From positions 13,020,001 to 13,084,000 of the forward strand of contig CM022675.1 in the NCBI GenBank assembly GCA_012295275.1: a stretch of 64,000 nucleotides of DNA, given 5' to 3'. The translations under genes and the position numbers were made by a program. The stretch is from Chrysomallon squamiferum. Taxonomy: Eukaryota; Animalia; Mollusca. Of this stretch, positions 1 to 34,602 are shown in pieces (position 1 is the stretch's first letter; every line of letters starts with the position of its first letter). The notes beneath the pieces are model-generated. The model was not told the origin of the DNA. It made no database searches and saw only the letters and a list, made by a program, of their open reading frames with translations.

Positions 1-797
1 CATCGATGATACGTCTAGCAAAATAAAAATAAAATTAAAAGGTAACTTGAACTAGTGTAGTTAAATTCATAACTCTGTTGAACAGTTTTTATTTAATTTT
101 TTAATGTTAATGACATATCAAATATCATTACGGACGTATTATTCCAATCGGAAACTGAAGTTACAAAATAACGTTTTGCAGTGATAAAGAGTACTTGCAA
201 ATATGGAAGAGAAAGAAACAAAATTATAATAGATCCGTGACAAAAATGATTTTTTTAGAGGGCAATATTGGGGTGTTTTCTGTGTACATTATTATATTTT
301 ATTATTATTTATTTATTATCAAATAGGATTTCAGATCTCAGTGCCTCACCCAGATGGAGGTAACAAATATATCTTTTGTGCTGTTATATTGTCCAATACG
401 GTTTAATAGATTTATTTTTATCTATATGTGTTTTTATATATATGTGTTTTCAAAGAAAACCAAAAATTAATGTGCTGTTCAAGAGAGTCATTTAGAAGTC
501 ACACAGTCCTTTTTTCTTTTTTTTTCAAAAATAACTGGTCTTCCTAAGACAATTAATTTAACTTGTCATCAGAATTTTTTTGCAATCTAGAAAAATGTTT
601 CCACGTGTTAGCTCTTTATGTTTTTATCTGGGTCAACCCTTTCTTTCTGTTGTCTACTCTTTGTTTGCTACAAAATATCGTGTATTAATTCTTTAATGAC
701 ACATATTATTTAGTATGTCACAGCTTACTACACGTTTGCTGTGTGTGTTTTATGTTCAGTTCTCTGAAAGATGTTGATGTTATTTACATACATAACA
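1..797 (+). repeat. Copy of 39034-39722
   Basis: catcgatgatacgtctagcaaaat... to ...tatttacatacataacaa occurs in both places with small indels. Confidence 0.9.
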
Positions 798-1066
798 AAG
801 TCGAGGAAGTAAAAACAGTAATGTTAGTATCAACTGTTAGACCGAGCGTGTTTCGACTACATATGTCTTAGAGAACGTTCATCCTTACGTGATCCGTACA
901 CATGTGTTCTGTGTCATTTCCGATTTTGACAGTTTCGAAGAAGGTCGATTAACTACAGTGAAATATTGGTTCTCTCAACCTTTTTTGCATTCTATTAATG
1001 GCAATAATAATAATTACTAATAATAATAATGAAATAATAATGATAATAATAACAATAATAGCAATT

Positions 1067-1104
<38 letters not shown>

Positions 1105-1878
1105 TGTCATTATATGGAGAAGAGAAGAAACTAAACCTCAGAAAAAATAAAAATAAATAAATAAAAATAAACACCAAAATATATAAAGTATATTACTCTA
1201 CCACTACAACCGCCATGTCTGTTGATATTACTACAACATCTACTACAGTAATAAAAGAATGAAAAAATTAAATATTAAATATTGTTCAGAAATTAATAAC
1301 ATGATCAATTCATACATTTGTAAAGAAACGTGTCCTAAAACGTTTCAAATGTGACTAAACGCAAATTCATCATTTTTAGAAACAAAGGTCAGAATATACA
1401 GATATTATCTATTAACAATATCGAGCCAAATAAGAAATGAATTCGTTTGTTAAATTAAATTAAAGATAAAATCTGATTACTACCATCTGTTAAACGCACA
1501 TACGTGGTAACTCTCCAAGTAATTCTTTTTGATCAATTTTTTTTTTTTAAACTAAACCTTTTCACCTTGAAAATATCTTCTATAGAAATATCGGGGTTCC
1601 CATTTTCTGTTATATATGTCTGTGCATCTGTACATATGTATGCAAGTATGTAAAGTAATAATAATAATAATAAAAATAACTACAACAACAAAGCAACTAC
1701 ATTACTAAATAAATAAAAAAGGAAATAAGATAAAAGTGATCATGAAGGTTGAGAATACAAAGAACAAAACAAAATCAAAATAAGAAAGCAAGAAACTATA
1801 AAAAAAAAGTTTATTACTACTACTATCATTCCAGTTACAACAACAACATTCAAGTTACAAAAAAAATAAAAATAAAAA

Positions 1879-1912
<34 letters not shown>

Positions 1913-2425
1913 AATAATAATAATAATAATAATCATAATCATAATCTTAATAACAATAATAATAATATGCGTTTTCAGTGAAATTTAAAATATTTTTCGT
2001 TTGACGATTTGACTTAGGGTAATGGACTTTGTATATTTTAATTTGCACGAGATGACATATGTCACATATGTTATATTTTTCAGACCATCCCTTTATCTTT
2101 CTCAGCAGTAAATCCTACCTTGTTTTAAGCGCAGGCTCAAAGGCCATAACATGAAAACATTTGTGTTTTTGGAAAGTAAAGACAAATTAATTCACTTTAA
2201 TTATTCTTCTAACATTCTTTTTGGTACATCATTATTATTGTTAAGAATTCAAAAGGAAAGATTTTTAAAAAAAATGTCTCTGTTTCAAAAGCTCTGGAGG
2301 TAAAACCAAAGACACATGAAACAAAGAATTTATTTACAATGGCCTGTTTAATCTCTTTAAATATACGAAATCAAACAGTGTTAAAGCACATTTGTTTCAA
2401 GCTGCTATTTTCTGTGGTAGAAAAA

Positions 2426-11924
<9,499 letters not shown>

Positions 11925-12988
11925 ACTGGTAAGATCGCCATATTGTTTTTTTAGACTTCTTCTTTCTGTTATTGGTTTTCTTCTTTTTTATTTTTCTCGA
12001 TGTTGTTTTCTTTATTATTATAGCTGTTATTTGTTTGTTTTTTGTTTCTTCTGTTTTTGTTCTGCTTCTTCTTGTTCTCTTTCCACGTTTTTCTTGTTGT
12101 TAATACACTCACTGGGTTGTTTCTTATTCAACACTTTTATAACTAATACTGTACAACTGATGTAACAAAGATCGTTTTATAGAAGATTTATTTATAAATT
12201 TATAAACACATTCAATCGACAGGATTATCAATACAGTCAATGCTATTAATCTGCTTCTATTTTTATATTTGCATGTCCATAAAAGTATATATAAACAATA
12301 ATAAAAAAGTAAAATAAATAAATAAATAATAAAAAAAACAAACAAACAAACAAACAAATAAATAAATAAAATAATTAAATAAAAATAAATAAATAAATAA
12401 ATGAAACAAATCAAGATGTAAAATAAAATAAGAAAAAAAATAAAATGTGATTTTTTCACTTTAGAAATGTATTTTCGTAGCAATATGTAATTAATATATT
12501 TAATTTCTGTTTTCAGACTTATAGGAAGTAATGACACAGACGCCATTAACCGTGTAGAACAATCTTTTGATTGTACACAATGTAAAACAAAACTGTGCAA
12601 TAAAAATTAATAGATTTTGACTATACTGCAGAGGTTTTCTTATTTGTCATTTGTAACGAGTGTGTGTGTGTATATTTATCTAAATATACGTGTCTGTTTC
12701 TGTACTTGAAGTATTTTCAGCGAGCTAAACAAGAATAACTGACAGTTACTCACACATTCATACGCAAACAAACACTTATATATTTATATCAGTAAATATA
12801 TTCATATCTATGTATATGTATGGAAGAAACACCTCGGAGGATCTCTAATAAGAATTTACAATTGTGACAATTGTAAAGTATTTTAGATGTGGAGAATGTT
12901 TATATTATGTTTATTAAAATCAGTAGTGGGGGAAATGAAAGACGTTCATTCAGTCGATGAGGAATACTGTGTGCAAGTCTTTCAAAGG

Positions 12989-13255
12989 TCATTTTAGTGA
13001 AACTGTTCCACTCCTCTGAGCATTGACATTTGTTATCCTGAGACACTTACTCTTAGCAAACAGGACGAAAAATGTTTTCAATATGTTGTCCTGGTAGTCC
13101 TGCCTACTGATCTTTCCTTGCAGTGTATGGAAGGGCGTTCTGTCAGATGTGGTGACATCACCCAACGCCATCGATCTACCTCCAAATCTGTCCTGAAATC
13201 GCATGATGACGCTGGCGTGCGGTTCCAGTCTGAGACGTCAAGCATGAAAATGGGG
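12989..13255 (-). mobile_element. Degenerate Tc1-like transposase relic (A 3' flank), truncated at the junction with B
   Basis: Same RFQDRFGGRSMALG ORF on the minus strand, joined at 13255/13256 to B exon 13. Confidence 0.7.
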
Positions 13256-14131
13256 AACACACACCACATGAATATCTACATCTTCGCCTTATTCTCCTTC
13301 TGCTGCACATTCGATCCCAGACATTCAAAACCTCATCCCAAATCTCGTAAAGGCAACCTGAAAGGAAAAGTTTAAAATTTTTATAAGTCATAAGTTTTCA
13401 TTTACTACGATGATCTGAGAGAGAAAATCCTCTTTCGCCATTCTGGTCTAATCGTATCAAACACCAGCAGTTATTTGCTAGTTGCTATTAACGGAAAGCA
13501 AAACGTATGGCTTAAGTATAAATCTTCACATACAAAAGCATTTAAAAATGTTCAAATGTACAGATAACTTTTTCCACATCCAAACTTTTTCGAATTGGCC
13601 TGATCCACTAAAGACATACAACGTATCAGTGGAAGAGGGACACCACGTTTTTTGATGAATGAGTAATTTCACTTGATGATCTACACTGACACAAACATAA
13701 TACAGAACTTACTGTTTTCAGCATTATTTCGTATTTTCGTGTATTTCATTTTCAAAATAATTTGAACGAAAACAACGTTCAGTGAGTTAAATTATTGGCA
13801 TTTTGACAAACTGATTGTCTGCAGCATATATCAGTCTTGTCACGTATCCATTCAGTTTAATATTTAAACATTTAAAACACACCACTGATCAGCTTTTATT
13901 TATTGCCCTTTAACAGACACCTATCTTATTCAGAATGAGTAATTTCACTTGATCGTCTAAACTGACAGAAACGTAATACAGAACTGACTGTTTTCACACA
14001 TTGGTCCGTAGAAGTTTGTTTTGCATTCACACTGACAAGTTTCTGTATTCAAAGTTCCACCATTCTTACACTGTACATTACAGGCAGCTGTGGAGGAAAT
14101 GAATTATGAATAAATAGATGGATGGATGGAT

Positions 14132-14166
<35 letters not shown>

Positions 14167-16862
14167 AACACACACCTCTAACTCTGTACCAATTACTCTA
14201 CAGTGTTAGTACATATATAATATTTCTGAATTTACTTGTTGTAGTTGGTGTTGTAGTTGTTGGTGTTGTAGTTGTTGGCGTTGTAGTTGTTGGTGTTGTA
14301 GTTGTTGGCGTTGTAGTTGTTGGCGTTGTAGGTGATTCACCTGCAATAGAAATAAATACATTATCAATCAAACATAGATAAGAAACATTTACATTATTGA
14401 GATTTAATTCAAACTGCAGCTAAGTATGTTTCACTCGTCGTCTAAGGATGGTATGCAGTCCACATCACTATGAAACGTTCTAGTATTCTCTGAATCAGAG
14501 AAAACAGTAACTTACTGCAGTCGTCTCCGGAATAAGGTGCCAAGCAGGCACAAGCACGTCTAGTTCCAGTTGAGTGTGTGACGTAATGCCTGTAGCCTCC
14601 ATTCTAACAGTTGAGAGAACAGGTATCTGAAATGTTTTATACACTTCACGATCAACATCCATAGAAACGTTTAAGAACGTCGGAAATAAGAAAAACAAAA
14701 GACTTATAGATACAGACAGGCAAAGAGACAGATGGGGCTGCACAGAGGCAAAGATAAACAGGTGATAGGGATACACAGACAGAGAGACAGACAAATAAAT
14801 ATAATGGTAATATCTATGAAACTCTTTTTTTTTTTTTTTTTTAAAAAAACAAAAAAAAGGCACATATATATGTAAACTATAAGATGTAATAAAACTACTT
14901 TATAAAAAAATTATTTTAGAGGAACAATATATATATATATATATATACCAACACATTCCTTATTATTGGAGGCTGCAATCACGAATGCCAAGTTACTTAC
15001 CTGGACACACCTTACAACTGGTAGGACAGTACTGTATTGCAGAAGAAAAGCCATAGTTGCATTTATCCGGACTACAGCCTGAGTCCGAAAGAGTGCCAGG
15101 ACAGGTCACTTGCAAGTAGAATAATAATATGTAGTTATTATCACTATTGTTTCAAAAAGATTGAATGTAAAGGAAGAAACATTTTTGTTCACCCGCAATC
15201 ATCTTTTATTATATGGCGACACAATAATTTTTAGGTACCATACAGCTGCTAGATAATAACAAGAGTATAACAATACATTGTCTGCAAGAACATAAAATAG
15301 AGATTTTTTTCTTATGTATTTATTTATTTATTTACTTATTTATTTATATATTTATTTACTTATTTATTTATTTTTCAATTTCTGTCTAAATTTTAACCTC
15401 CATGCGTATACACTAAATTATTTTAGTGCCATATTTTGTTATTAGAATTTTTTTGACCGCTTATACTATCCAAAACAATTACAGTTATACAGAATGCAGT
15501 TAGGATATTTGTTCTTATTACAAAAGTTTCGTATTACTTAATAAAAAAGCAAGGAAACAAAATATATTAAGACCGTTGGAATCACAAAAAAACAAAAAAA
15601 ATATTTTCATGTTAACAAGAGCATTTTAGAACGCTTGGAAATATAGAGAATCTATAAGACTGTTAGTATCACCATAAATACATGTTAACATAACACAAAG
15701 TCATCACTTACTGGCATTTGTATTTATATAATACAAACTGCGAAATTACTACGTATTAAAATGAAACTTGTAATAGGTGAAATCTGTTTTGACATTTTAT
15801 TCTTATCACTACATACATATATTAAAATTGTTCTACTTACATATTTCGCACTGGTCCCCTGAAAAAATTTCTCTGCCACCAACTGTTTGACACATACACG
15901 AACAGTCCGTAATATTTAACTTTGCATAATTGAAACGACACCATCACAATCTGAAAGAGAAACGTGGATTGTTTTATTTATTTGTCACCAAAACAGTTTT
16001 AAAAGTCAATATTATTTTAGTTTAGTTAATAAAGGATTTATCTGAATTATTGTGATGCTTCATCTAGATAATTTTCATTTCAAGTTTTATATTTCACTAT
16101 TCGCGCAATTTCTATGTGAAGTATTATTGTTTTGCTATTCAAACCTTTTTTACTTGAAGTATTGTTGTTTCATTACTCAATTTTATCTCAGATAATATAG
16201 TCGTTCAGTAGAAAAAGCCATTTTTAATCCAGAGTATAGTGTTTCGATAATTATCTACTTTTTATCTGAAGTGTTTCACTGTTCTAGCATATTTTCACCA
16301 TTTGAGTATATACACTATTTCTATGTAAATAACACACTTTTCATTCCATTTCAAATTTGATAATACTTCATTCCTTAGGCAACTGCTATCTGAAGTATAG
16401 TTTATTTTTTTTATTTATTGTTATTATTATTTTTCTTTCTTTTTTCAGTCAATTTACTGCTAAAATAGTTAACTACATTTGATATGAAATATAGTTTCAC
16501 TTGATATAACTATTTACCACAGGTTTTGGGATAATCCACGCTGTTTCTGCTGCAGGACTTACATGGCGTACCTATAGACGGGGCACAGTAAGGCAAACTG
16601 ATTTGTGAAGGCCACAGTCTGAAAAAAAAGTGCTCACAAATAACAAAAGAGTAAATACAGATATTTGTTTAAACTATATATTAATAATCTAATAACTGTT
16701 CCAGTGTCAGTATTAACGCATATATAGATACGCATGCAGATACACACATACATTCATATATCAACTTGTAAATAACCTGATGAATGAAACAAAATGACTT
16801 ATGTACAGAAAAGGCAATGAATTATTGCTGCTATTATTATCATTATTATAATTATTATTATA

Positions 16863-16900
<38 letters not shown>

Positions 16901-19900
16901 AACAAAAATATGTGGTGTAAAACGTACTTGTTAGCGTAATTACAAGTAACAATGTATCTGTATTTCCCTTCGATTCCATTGTCGCCACAGTCGACCAAAG
17001 CACAGCCCACTCTCGAAGATCTGCGCTGAATAATCTACAGAGTGTGAAATATATAAATAAATAAATAATAAAAATATTGGACAGAGCATGAGATAAAGAC
17101 AAAAACAGATATCTAATTCAAAATATCACACTGTCGTTTAAAACTGCTATATAACTAATTCAAAACATAAGACAGTAGTTTAAAGCTGCTACGTTGCTGA
17201 TTCATAATATCACATTGTACTTTGAAGCTGATACTTAGCTAATTCGAAATACAACGGTGTTATTTAAAATGTACATGGCTAATTCAAAATGTCACTTTTT
17301 TTTATATCCCACATAAGTAATTCAAAACGTTGTATGAACAATATCTAATAGAACATTTTGAATTAATTTAATCATTAGATTTATCTCAAGTCATTAAACA
17401 GTGACAATATTTCGGAAACTGTCTGTCCATGTCTAAATCTGGCTGTAACAGATCTGCTGACAGAGTTAATTTCTATAAAACTGACCTGCACGTAGCGACC
17501 AACTTTCGCGAATTCGTTACCGCTAGCAAATTTGAAGTTCTCCTTTTCACCTTCCCAGCTTTTGATGGCAGGAATGATATTGTCAAGTGGGTCGCTGGTG
17601 ACATATATATTCTGACCAATCAATACGTCAGGTAGGCCTGGTTGTTAGAAAAGTACCTTCATACATCCATATTTATGTTTTCGTGACTTCTTGTTTACAT
17701 TTCTAAGTATTTTTGTTCATTAATATTTACACCTTTACGTATATTTCTACATTCATAGTTATATTTTAGATATTTTAGTATATCCATCTTTATGTATTTC
17801 TACATTTGTACATTCATGTTTATATATTTTTTTAAATTTGTACATTTATTTTATACTTTTAAACACGTGCGTACATTTATGTTTTACCTTTTGGGCGTGC
17901 AGCTGTAATTTCATATTTAAATATTTACGTACCATTTTTTAATTGTCATATCGGTATGCATCAGTAAGGCTGTAAGTTCATACTTACATGATAGTTTACT
18001 TTATCTTAGAGGTTAAAAGTATTTTGTGAAAGAAAATTTACTGAAAGCTGTTCTGAGTTTTTCCTCATCGTGTTCAAACAGACTCCGAGCAGCGTGTTTT
18101 TTAGCAATGAAAGCAAGCTCGTCATCCCAGTACTGAAACAGATTTTTAGAATACTCACTGATCAGTAAGTACCATTACTACATCATTCATCATCAGTTAG
18201 TCAATGATCTTAATAACGGATAATGTCACTGTGGTCAAAAAGTTGTCTTGATCTGTGTTTGCATTATGAAAATAGTTTTTTTTTTTTTTTTAATAAACTT
18301 TTTCCGTAACCGATTTAAAATATTAACATATATTGAATGTTCTTAGTTCTGTACATGTTTACATATTTTCATTTTCATAGCATTCCTGTCTCCAAGATTG
18401 CAAAGATTTCTGGCTAAATTTTTGGTCAAAGTGCCCATATCTTATCAAAACTTAAGTAACATCTTCAGTCAAATGTACAAAAGCAGCACCTTAAAAGACA
18501 TTTTTAGCATTGTAAATTAATGATTTATTTTCTGTCGCTATTAGATAAGATATTTAATGACATTTTTCATTGTCGAACAGTTCGGTGTGATTGAAACAAC
18601 TATTCATCCTGTAGAGTTGCTATTCCTGTCTTAACAAGTCTTAAGCACGTAACACTCATAAATACCAGAGCGTTTGGGCTTTTTGACATTTATGAATTCT
18701 TCTGATCCTGGGTTTAACAATAATTAGAATATTGTTTAAGATTTACAGGATAGGACAAAACTACGATACCATAGTCTCCATGTTAGCAGGTGGAGGATCG
18801 ACTTCGCTTCTCACACGATTGTGTTCAGCAACGACAGCATCTATGTCATCCTCCTCTAGGGGAATTTCAGTTGAAACAAAGCTGAAAAAATCGTTTGAAT
18901 TCGATTGATAATATTTTTTAAATGTGTAAATGAAAATTCAGCTAATATTAAACAGCAAAGCACTGTTAACGCTATTATTTCATTTCATTTAAGTTTTTAA
19001 AAACAAACAGGAAAATGGAAACTTACTGTGTCTCGTTTTCTGATGGAATCTAAAAAGAAAGAAAACAAATAAATATTCAAATAAGCTATTTGAAGATAAT
19101 GATGACGATGATAATTATAATACATATGAAATGATGATAATACTTTTACTATTTGTAACATGATAAGAATGATACATGTGTTATTTGTAATATGATAAAA
19201 GCAAATAATACATATAATATTTCTAATATAAAAATAATAGCTGTCATATTTGTAGTATGATGATACTTATATATATAATATTTGTGAGATGATGATAATA
19301 ATAATGTTAATATTTCGCATAACATGATAATGCAAATGATCTTTATAATATTTGTGATAATTATTTTGACACTTCTTTTAATAATAATTAAAATGTATTA
19401 AACATATAAAACTTGTATAATAAAGATACGCATTCTAGATATATGACTTTTAATGCATATCTCAAATGAAGAACCTGTATTGTTACTATACCACTCTGTG
19501 TATATGATGTAAACGTGTAATTCATTCTACTGCTTTGCTTACAAAATATATTCTACGTATGTTTAAGTGAGTCTTATCAGTGACAGTACAAACACTTCCA
19601 GACATAAGCTAAAACCTTCACATCTGAAAATGTTTTGTCAGTGACCTTGTTCCTGGCAGCCCAGCTTTATGAAGAATCAAAACAGTTTAAAACATTTTTT
19701 CATTAGATGAAAAAAAATAAAAATAAATAAAAGATCAAATTTAATTATTTTATTTCCACTCAACCTTTCGATTAAGAACATGCATCTGCTTCATTGTCTG
19801 TGATTCTAGCTCCAAAAACGATTACCTATCGAATTTATCTGATCATTTTCTTTTTCATAAACAAATACATTAGCCATAAAGATGATGGAATTAGAAAATC

Positions 19901-20017
19901 TGCGAGGAAAAGCTTTAATAAAAAAAATATAAAAAAAAACAACTTACCTGAATCTTCAGCTAAGCAGAATGAAAACTGCAAGAAGAAACACAGAACTACA
20001 GTTCTGAAACAACCCAT
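13176..20017 (-). pseudogene. Paralog B: inverted, 3'-truncated CAP-EGF-ShK pseudogene
   Basis: Exons 20017-19948, 19049-19027, a 5'-deleted exon 3 (about 18871-18770; the nearest acceptor at 18882-18884 gives CTT TGT TTC AAC TGA), 18132-18042, 17637-17486 (GHYTQ>GRYVQ), 17034-16928, 16618-16518, 15950-15841 (110 nt, 4-nt deletion frameshift), 15108-15001, 14626-14516, 14340-14236, 14087-13989, 13357-13256. Exon 13 has lost its donor and exons 14-15 are absent. Confidence 0.85.
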
Positions 20018-20717
20018 TGTTTCTACCACAGAAAACAGCAGCTTGAAACAAATGTGCTTTAACACTGTTTGGTTTCGTATATTTAAAGGAATTAAACAGG
20101 CCATTATTAATCAAATTTTGTTTCATGTTCCTTCGTTTTTAATTAACTTGTGAATTAAATTTGGATTTACTTTCCAAAAACACAAATGTTTTCATGTTAT
20201 GGCCTTTGAGCCCACGCTTAAAGCAAAATAGGACCTACTGCAGAGAAAGATAAGGGAATGATTTCAAAACAATAACATATGTTTCAAGAACATCTTGTGC
20301 ATTAATTAAATAAAATTCATTCTAGAAAAAACAAATCAATTTTACACGTATTTGTATTCAATCGAAACGAGAAATCTTTTCAATTTCATTATTGTTAGTA
20401 TTATTATTATTGTTGTTATTGTTGTTGTTGTTGTCATTGTTGTTGCGTTTGTTGCTGCCATTGTTGTAATAGTAGTAGTAGCAGTAATAAGAATAATAGA
20501 AGTTATAAGCTCAGATAATTTTTTGTTTCATGCTGTCTTAGTTTATTTTATTTTTATTTTATTCTGATTCTTTAATATTATTATTTTATTATTATTATTA
20601 TTACTATTATTATCATTAGTGGCAGTAGTAGTTGTAGTACTACTAGTAGTAATTATTTATTTATTTGATTTGTTTGATTTGTTTGTTTACTGCTTATACA
20701 TATATATATAATTTGAT

Positions 20718-20776
<59 letters not shown>

Positions 20777-21110
20777 TTGGAATGTTTACATTTTTGGGGC
20801 TCTTCCAGTAAAATTCAGTTCCATTCAGGGAATGAGGACTGGCGTATGAAGTCATGGTAAATATGTTCCTCTCTATGAGTCCAGATATATAAGACGTTTA
20901 TTGTTGCTATGCGATAAATGTAGTGTTTGACAGGCATAAATACTTTCTTTCAGCTATAATGTGTATCCATAGTCACACTGCACTTAATATTTCATCTATA
21001 CATATATACAAAAACACAAACACATGCATATACATAAATCAGATACACACTTTGAGATATATACTTGAATTCATTCGTATGCATATATTACCCATCATAC
21101 AGACATTCAA

Positions 21111-21145
<35 letters not shown>

Positions 21146-21220
21146 ACAGATACACGCATTCATACATGTACGCATCAATATATTATTTTTGTTGTTGTTT
21201 TATTTTTTTGTCTGATTTTA

Positions 21221-21257
<37 letters not shown>

Positions 21258-22689
21258 GGTTAATATTTTTCATTACTCATACATATTATCTTGTTCGACT
21301 TTATTCTTTTTTTCAAAGCAGATATATTTGTAAATGTTCTTCACAGTCTGTTTCATCACACAGTCAAATTGAATTAAACTGAAGATAAAATGCAGCTGTT
21401 CTGACTTTATTGATCCGCGAAATGAATTCAGTCACGTATCATGACACGTTTCTTTACGAAATGATAAATTTATCATATTATTCATTTCTGAACAATGTTG
21501 AATATGCTTATTAAAATTTCAACTTTCTCACAATATATTTACTGGTCGTTTGTTATTTCTGTGTGTATGTATGTGTGTATGGGTTTTTTTTTGGATGGGG
21601 TTATTGTTCACTTTTTTCTTTGTTGTTTTGTTTATGCTGTAGTTTGGGAAATGTTTGTGAATTTGTATATATATATCTTAATGGAAACGTATATTTATAC
21701 GTGTATATAATGTCAGTTTTCATTGTAGCTATACGTGTGAATATATATATACACATATTATAAAATAATAATTGTAGAATCACTCTTCGCAATTTTAAAA
21801 TATATCTTGCGGGGTGAAACTGGTAAATTAGCGCAACATCAAGGTGCTGTTCTGGGCTAAAACAGTCGGTTATATTTTAAGTCCGAGGTAGCGATTTATA
21901 ATGATTTCAGTTTCGCTGTCACTAAAACGTAAATATAAATATAACGACTGTTGTGAAATGCTCTGTAAAAGGACTGATCAGTTAGACTGTGTTACACCAT
22001 TCAGCAAAAGTAAATTCCCCGGTGACAGCAGATGTTGTTGACCATGTTAATATAAAAGCCTGCTGGACGTGTCTTTAATAAGCAGCCTCTGCTTTAACTG
22101 AAATGTCAGCCTGTACGTCTTCGTGCTTCATTTCATAGCTCAAAGAGAACTGCCCGAGTAACGAGGGGAAAACATTTCTCAGGTAACTGGACTCAGGTAA
22201 CTAATTCTTACTGGTTTTTTTTTTTTTTTAACCCTGATGTGACTGTTATGCTAAAATATATCGTTTTTAATACGACAGTCTGCCAGTAACGGTACGCAGT
22301 CATATCGAGTAACCTTTCAAAGTAAATTGTTAATCTGACTTTTCTAATGCTTTGTAATGACCACTGTGTTTGGATTCACTATTAATAGGAATACATATTG
22401 TTATTAAAATACTATTACAGTAGTGTATTGTCAGCGCCCGCACTGAATCAGATTCAGAAGAGTATTTTTGTTTTTAGCCAGATAAATAATAGACATAATA
22501 CGAAATTCTTTATGTAGATAGATATATATACGGACACACACACACACAAACACACAAACATCAAATTTTGGCACATTTCTTCTCCAGGAGACTGAAATGA
22601 AAGGTACCTGATTTGATTTATTTGAAAAGCATTATCCGGCTACCGGGGTCCGAGTTACAGGTCAGATGATTAAAAATCATCTTCATGTT

Positions 22690-22971
22690 CCCAAATTTCA
22701 TGCTCCCCATTTTCATGCTCGACGCACCAGACTTGAACCGCACGCCAGCGTCAACATGCGATTTCAGGACAGATTTGGAGGTAGATCGATGGCGTTGGGT
22801 GGTGTTACCACATCTGACACAACGCCCCTCCATACACTGCAAGGAAAGATCAGTAGGCAGGACTACCAGGACAACATATTGAAAACATTTTTCGTCCTGT
22901 TTGATAAGCGTAAGCGTCTCAGGATAACAAATGTCAGTGCTCAGCGGAGTGGAACAGATTCACTAAGATGA
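22690..22971 (+). mobile_element. Degenerate Tc1-like transposase (DDE region) relic
   Basis: QDRFGGRSMALGGVTTSDTTPLHTLQGKISRQDYQDNILKTFFVLF resembles the Tc1 motif RFGGGSVMVWGGI..RTPL..G.L.A..Y.D.IL...V.PF. Recognised from memory, not by search. Confidence 0.7.
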
Positions 22972-23454
22972 CCTTTGAAAGACTTGCACACAGTATTCCT
23001 CATCGACTTAATAAATGTCTTACATATCGCCCCACTACTGATTAAAAAACAATTAAAAAACCCAGACAAACTCGCCAGCATACCATCTTCAATATCATTC
23101 ATACTCATAAAACCTATAATGTTTGTCCAATTAATTCATATTTATAATATAAACATTTCCCATATCTAATATACTAAATTCTTCAAATAGATCCTCCAAA
23201 GTGTTTCTACAAAAGTGTAATGAGTGTGTGTCTGTCAGTTATTCATGTTTAGCTCGTTGAAAATCCTTCCTGTAGCAGAAAAACATTCATATATAGATAC
23301 ATATACACACACATTCGTTGCAAATGACAAATAAGAAAACCTCTGCAGTATAGCCAAATAGTCAAAGACTATTAAATTTTATTGCTCAGTTTCATTTTAC
23401 GTTGTGTATAGTCACAAGATTATTAAAGAATTTTCAAATTTAGTAAATCACGTT

Positions 23455-33917
<10,463 letters not shown>

Positions 33918-33985
33918 GACAGAAATCTTACAGTACTCTGATCCCTGTCTGTTTTGTGTTTGATGGAGTTTCTGCGTCGCTACTG

Positions 33986-33993
33986 GTATAAAT
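33986..33993 (-). promoter_or_regulatory. TATA-like TATTTATA upstream of the MFRLDF exon (copy near 63595-63602)
   Basis: The plus strand reads tataaata about 70 nt upstream of the ATG and the motif is conserved in both copies. Position only, no TSS data. Confidence 0.35.
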
Positions 33994-34164
33994 ACACAGA
34001 ACCGCATCGTAAAAACTCTATAACAAAAGCGTGGTGATATCATGTTACTGCAAACGATCTCCACACACATGCAATAAATATAATAATTTGCATATACAGA
34101 GCAGAATTTGTTTTAAGAGGACGGCACTCGCAATAACAGATAAATAATTTATTCACAATATAAT

Positions 34165-34450
34165 TAACAGGACTTTAGATGGGATAGGTTAACATAGGAC
34201 TGTTGATGGAATGCATTCCATAGGACTGTTGGTGGAATAAATTACACATACCTATACATACATAAGGCTGTTCATAGGATAGTCTCTGTAGGATTTTAGA
34301 TAGGACAGTTAGGGTTCACAAGAATGGATTTAGGATACAGAGGACTGTAGATATGATGTGTTATGTAGGACTTTTGACAGGATACGTTTCAGACCACCAA
34401 ATACAGGATAGCTTACATAGGACTGTAAAAAGGACAGCTTACACTTGACT
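34165..34450. repeat. Degenerate minisatellite of about 26 bp upstream of the MFRLDF exon (copy at 63780-64000)
   Basis: Recurrent (t)aggactgttgatgggataggttacaca-like units. Confidence 0.75.
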
Positions 34451-34552
34451 TATGTACCATTAAACGTATCATCAAAAATTGCTTTTGGCTAGATAAAAGT
34501 CATAAGAAATTCACATTTAATTAGAACAAATTAAGTTCATTAACATTATAAA

Positions 34553-34602
<50 letters not shown>

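Noticed and set aside
2339-2425. In-frame upstream ATG (MACLI..) conserved in A, B and E
   Set aside because: It lies upstream of a TATA-like TTTAAATA and would bury the signal peptide. Recent duplication explains the conservation.
22666-22971. Three-copy ORF as a novel small protein gene
   Set aside because: It is better explained as a Tc1 transposase fragment carried along in duplicated 3' flanks.
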